A stretch of 64,000 nucleotides of DNA from Haplodiscus bocki (Eukaryota): NCBI GenBank assembly GCA_965655095.1, contig OZ296653.1:71734001-71798000 (forward strand), given 5' to 3'. Position 1 is the first letter of the stretch. Each line of letters begins with the position of its first letter. The notes below the pieces were generated by a model that saw only the letters and a program-made list of their open reading frames with translations, ran no database searches and was not told where the DNA came from. Of the stretch, positions 58,701-64,000 are shown piece after piece. Position numbers and translations under genes: made by a program.

Positions 58701-61700
58701 AAGTTTTTCCAGTTCAATGTTTTGTTCCTTGCATGGAAAACCACAAGGGCTGCAAAAGTGTAATATTTCAATTTTTAATGCTTTTTTTTGTGGTAAAGAG
58801 TCACTTTTGACCTAAAATATCGATTGATTGTATGCCGTCCCTATCTCAACCGAAACTCTCAGTACTGGAAGGTCTTTCAATATCAATATCTCCTGTTCTT
58901 TCTCTGCGTCGGAAAATTGACGAACCGTAAATGATATTAGTGATGAATTGTTTTATATTCAAAAGCTCCTGCAAATGTAGTTTGCTTTGTCTCCTTAACT
59001 TTTCAATAAACACCCTTATACTTGCAAAAGAATTGTTTCTATGTATTATCTTCTGTTTTGTTCCTTTTATGGGAAACCTTGGGTCAAACTTTTTCAAAAG
59101 TGAAACTAGTAATTATTTCGGTCGATGCTCACTTTCAATCTAAGAATCCATCGGTGTCGCGTTTTTTTCAAAAAAATTTTGAGTGACATAGTTTTACTAC
59201 ATGAACGTTTTCAGCCTTGACAGGTTAGTTTTTGGTCGTGGCATCTATATAAGATTGACTGATCAAGCCACAATTTTTGATTTTCAGTGTTTTTGCTCGC
59301 AATCCGAAATCACTTTCCACAATTAACTATTAGATTTGTTGCATCATGGTCTGCAAGAAAACTTGTCCTCTTGGAGAGCCTTTGTTCTATCAAAGTTTTT
59401 GGTTTTTATGCCTTGCTTTAGAGAGCTTACAATGTAAAAAGGCCTCCAAGTGAAAACCTTTCTTTGATTTTCGAGCGCATCCTCCAAAAGTAACGGCTGG
59501 AATTGTTCGATCAAAGTGACGGAAAAATAACTGCTACTTCCAGCACGGCTGTCCTTTTCGATGCTTTGCACCTTGCATTCCGAACATGTGCCTCAAATGC
59601 AGAACATTTTGTTTTATTATTGCCTTTCGTTTTACTAACCCACATTCTGACTGAATTTCCGGTTGATTTTCAGCCGTCTAAGTTTCACCGAAACTTGATC
59701 GCTTGTAGGACTTCTATCAGTACCAACGTTTTCCTCAGTTTTCTGTATCGGAAACTTGATGTGCCGAAAAAATGAGTTATTCTTTCTTCGATCGATTTTT
59801 GAACAAGTTCCTGCATAGGTACCGGTGGCATTTCTCCCATTAAGATTTGAATCATCGGGTATATGATGGCGAAATTTTTCTCACTGAATGTTTTTCTGGG
59901 TTTTCTTCTTTCTATCGGAAAGCTTCAGTGGCACTTCACAAAACTGTGCAATAATTATTTTTCGTCGTTACTGAATTTCGATTTCCTCCTAAGCCAAGGT
60001 CGCCGCTTTCTTTGGTCGAGGTCTCAGGTGACAGATTTCTAACGGCTCAAATTTTTCAACACGAACATTCTGGGTTGAGGTTGTGGCCTCTGAAACCTGA
60101 TTGGCGAAGAAAAGCTATGAATTCGACTATCAAATGAATTTTCTTGACATTGAAACTCTTTCTCGTCGAAGCAGACATTTGGATATCTTACACCAGTGTG
60201 TCAAACGATATTTGTTGACTCGTAGACCGTTCTTTCGATATTTTCATTCTTATGCCTTGAACCGAAATCCTCAGTAGCTGAGATGGCAGAGGCTGGAAAA
60301 AGAACCCGATTTCCTCCACAATTAACGGTTGAATCTTCTCGATCAAAGTGAGAATAGACAAATAGCTTCTCTCAGCAAGTTTTTCCAGTTCAATGTTTTG
60401 TTCCTTGCATGGAAAACCACAAGGGCTGCAAAAGTGTAATATTTCAATTTTTAATGCTTTTTTTTTGTGGTAAAGAGTCACTTTTGACCTAAAATATCGA
60501 TTGATTGTATGCCGTCCCTATCTCAACCGAAACTCTCAGTACTGGAAAGTCTTTCAATATCAATATCTCCTGCTCTTTCTCTGCGTCGGAAAATTGACGA
60601 ACCGTAAATGATATTAGTGATGAATTGTTTTATATTCAAAAGCTCCTGCAAATGTAGTTTGCTTTGTCTCCCTAACTTTTCAATAAACACCCTTATACTT
60701 GCAAAAGAATTGTCTCTATGTATTATCTTCTGTTTTGTTCCTTTTATGGGAAACCTTGGGTCAAACTTTTTCAAAAGTGAAACTAGTAATTATTTCGGTC
60801 GATGCTCACTTTCAATCTAAGGATCCATCGGTGTCGCGTTTTTTTCAAAAAAATTTCGAGTGACATAGTTTTACTACATGAACGTTTTCAGCCTTGACAG
60901 GTTAGTTTTTGGTCGTGGCATCTATATAAGATTGACTGATCAAGCCACAATTTTTGATTTTCAGTGTCTTTCCTCGCAATCCAAAATCACTTTCCACAAT
61001 TAACTATTAGATTTGTTGCATCATGGTCTGCAAGAAAACTTGTCCTCTTGGAGAGCCTTTGTTCTATCAAAGTTTTTGGTTTTTATGCCTTGCTTTAGAG
61101 AGCTTACAATGTAAAAAGGCCTCCAAGTGAAAACCTTTCTTTGATTTTCAAGCGCATCCTCCAAAAGTAACGGCTGGAATTGTTCGATCAAAGTGACAGA
61201 AAAATAATTGCTACTTCCAGCACGGCTGTCCCTTTCGATGCTTTGCACCTTGCATTCCGAACATGTGCCTCAAATGCAGAACATTTTGTTTTATTATTGC
61301 CTTTCGTTTTACTAACTCACATTCTGACTGAATTTCCGGTTGATTTTCAGCCGTCTAAGACTCACCGAAACTTGATCGCTTTTAGGAATTCTATCAGTAC
61401 CAACGTTTTCCTCAGTTTTCTGTATCGGAAACTTGATGTGCCGAAAAAATGAGTTATTCTATCTTCGATGTTTGAACAAGTTCCTGCATAGGTACCGGTG
61501 GCATTTCTCCCATTAAGAGTTGAATCATCGGGTATATGATGGCGAAATTTTTCTCACTGAATGTTTTTCTGGGTTTTCTTCTTTCTATCGGAAAGCTTCA
61601 GTGGCACTTCACAAAACTGTGCAATAATTATTTTTCGTCGTTACTGAATTTCGATTTCCTCCTAAGCCAAGGTCGTCGCTTTCTTTGGTCGAGGTCTCAA

Positions 61701-64000
61701 GTGACAGATTTCTAACGGCTGAAATTTTTCAACACGAACATTCTGGGTTCAGGTTGTGGCCTCCGAAACCTGATTGGTGAAGAAAAGCTATGAGTTCGAC
61801 TATCGAATGAATTTTCTTGACATTGAGACTCTTTCTCATCGAAGCAGACATTTAGATATCTTACATCAGGGTGTCAAACGATACTTGTTGACTCGTAGAC
61901 CATTCTTTCGATATTTTCATTCTTATGCCTTGAAACGAAATCCCCAGTAGCTGAGATGGCCGACGCTGGAAATAGAACCCGATTTCCTCCACAATTAACG
62001 GTTGAATCTTCTCGATCAAAGTGAGAATAGACAAATAGCTTCTCTCAGCAAGTTTCTCCAGTTCAATGTTTTGTTCCTTGCATGGAAAACCACAAGGGCT
62101 GCAAAAGTGTAATATTTCAATTTTTAATGCTTTTTTTTGTGGTAAAGAGTCATTTTTGACCTAAAAAATGGATTGATTGTATGCCGTCCCTATCTCAAGC
62201 GAAACTCTCAGTACTGGAAGGTCTTTCAAAAGCAATATCTCCTGCTCTTTCTCTGCGTCGGAAAATTGACGAACCGTAAATGATATTAGTGATGAATTGT
62301 TTTATATTCAAAAGCTCCTGCAAATTTAGTTTGCTTTGTCTCCTTAACTTTTCAATAAACACCCTTATACTTGCAAAAGAATTGTCTCTATGTATTATCT
62401 TCTGTTTTGTTCCTTTTATGGGAAACCTTGGGTCAAACTTTTTCAAAAGTGAAACTAGTAATTATTTCGGTCGATGCTCACTTTCAATCTAAGGATCCAT
62501 CGGTGTCACGTTTTTTTTCAAAAAAATTTCGAGTGACATAGTTTTACTACCTGAACGTTTTCAGCCTTGACAGGTTAGTTTTTGGTCGTGGCAACTATAT
62601 AAGATTGACTGATCAAGCCACAAGTTTTGATTTTCAGTGTTTTTCCTCGCAATCCAAAATCACTCTCCACAATTAACTATTAGATTTGTTGCATCATGGT
62701 CTGCAAGAAAACTTGTCCTCTTGGAGGGCCTTTGTTCTATCAAAGTTTTTGGTTTTATGCCTTGCTTTAGAGACCTTACAATGTAAAAAGGCCTCCAAGT
62801 GAAAACCTTTCTTTGATTTTCAAGCTCATCCTCCAAAAGTAACGGTTGGAATTGTTCGATCAAAGTGACAGAAAAATAATTGCTACTTCCAGCACGGCTG
62901 TCCCTTTCGATGCTTTGCACCTTGCATTCCGAACATGTGCCTCAAATGCAGAACATTTTGTTTTATTATTGCCTTTCGTTTTACTAACTCACATTCTGAC
63001 TGAATTTCCGGTTGATTTTCAGCCGTCTAAGACTCACCGAAACTTGATCGCTTTTAGGAATTCTATCAGTACCAACGTTTTCCTCAGTTTTCTGTATCGG
63101 AAACTTGATGTGCCGAAAAAATGAGTTATTCTTTCTTCGATTTTTGAACAAGTTCCTGCATAGGTACCGCTGGCATTTCTCCCAATAAGATTTGAATCAT
63201 CGGGTATATTTTGGCGAAATTTTTCTCAGTGAATGTTTTTCTGGGTTTTCTTCTTTCTATCGGAAAGCTTCAGTGGCACTTCACAAAACTGTGCAATAAT
63301 TATTTTTCGTCGTTACTGAATTTCGATTTCCTCCTAAGCCAAGGTCGTCGCCTTTTTTGGTCGAGGTCTCAAGTGACAGATTTATAACGGCTGAAATTTT
63401 TCAACACGGACATTCTGGGTTCAGGTTGTGGCCTCCGAAACCTGATTGGCGAAGAAAAGCTAGGAATTCGACTATCAAATGAATTTTCTTGACATTGAAA
63501 CTCTTTCTCGTCGAAGCAGACATTTGGATATCTTACACCAGGGTGTCAAACGATATTTGTTGACTCGTAGACCGTTCTTTCGATATTTTCATTCTTATGC
63601 CTTGAACCGAAATCCACAGTAGCTGAGATGGCCGACGCTGGAAAAAGAACCCGATTTCCTCCACAATTAACGGTTGAATCTTCTCGATCAAAGTGAGAAT
63701 AGACAAATAGCTTCTCTCAGCAAGTTTTTCCAGTTCAATGTTTTGGTCCTTGCATGGAAAACCACAAGGGCCGCAAAAGTGTAATATTTCAATTTTTAAT
63801 GCTTGTTTTGTGGTAAAGAGTCACTTTTGACCTAAAATATCGATTGATTGTATGCCGTCCCTATCTCAACCGAAACTCTCAGTACTGGAAGGTCTTTCAA
63901 TATCAATATCTCCTGCTCTTTCTCTGCGTCGGAAAATTGACGAACCGTAAATGATATTAGTGATGAATTGTTTTATATTCAAAAGCTCCTGCAAATGTAA
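15595..64000. repeat. Tandem satellite array: ~1668-bp higher-order repeat = 10 x ~167-bp diverged monomers (2 x pentamer); runs off the window end
   Basis: Marker AAACCT(G/T)ATT recurs at 15601, 16744, 18413, 20081 ... 61766, 63438: 28 full units between 16744 and 63438, mean ~1668 bp. Copies are near-identical and head-to-tail with no inserted elements. The ORF track repeats with the same period. An internal anchor motif recurs every 148-175 bp. Confidence 0.97.

Noticed and set aside
17275-63124. Many recurring 60-140 aa ORFs in the array (MFYIQKLL..., MESLDQSD..., MKKFDPRF..., MQSIERDS...) as a tandem gene family
   Set aside because: They occur on both strands in overlapping frames, and many start at TTG/GTG. 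They appear and vanish with homopolymer indels and 2-bp indels (ATGTACAG versus ATGTAG) between copies, showing no frame conservation. They are by-products of the repeat.
15595-64000. Array as rDNA, 5S, snRNA, SL-RNA or histone tandem cluster
   Set aside because: I recognise no rRNA, 5S, U-snRNA, tRNA-box or histone sequence in the unit, and the unit is explained by ten ~167-bp monomers. An Rfam cmscan would settle any residual doubt.
15595-64000. CRISPR-like or cassette-diversity (repeat-spacer) array
   Set aside because: There are no unique spacers between constant repeats. Variation is scattered SNPs and small indels along the whole unit, and the context is eukaryotic.

Overview
Eukaryotic (probably animal) AT-rich DNA in three zones. 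(1) 1-12.7 kb is mostly unique sequence. It holds one 3.77-kb uninterrupted CDS (ATG 2566, stop 6339, 1257 aa), preceded by a TTTCAG splice acceptor and encoding a zinc-finger protein built from six ~100-aa modules of pattern CxxC-[C2H2]-[C2H2]-CxxH-[C2H2/C2HC]. Around it lie transposon debris: a probable Penelope-like relic, two TIR MITEs, a hAT transposase relic and a tRNA-derived (SINE-like) head. (2) ~12.8-15.6 kb is a zone of highly diverged ~150-185-bp monomers; those at 15.0-15.6 kb are clearly related to the array. (3) 15.6 kb to the window end is a homogeneous head-to-tail array of a ~1668-bp unit (one internally deleted edge copy, 28 full copies, one partial). Read by eye, the unit is a higher-order repeat (HOR) of ten diverged ~167-bp monomers arranged as two related pentamers (167 -> ~835 -> ~1670 bp). 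The array has distinct sub-domains, mosaic copies and long-range shared variant patches. The order unique DNA -> monomeric layer -> HOR array parallels the layered edge of primate alpha-satellite centromeres, so the window is a candidate (peri)centromere boundary; centromere function is an inference. The many short ORFs in the array are repeat artefacts. All alignments were done by eye.
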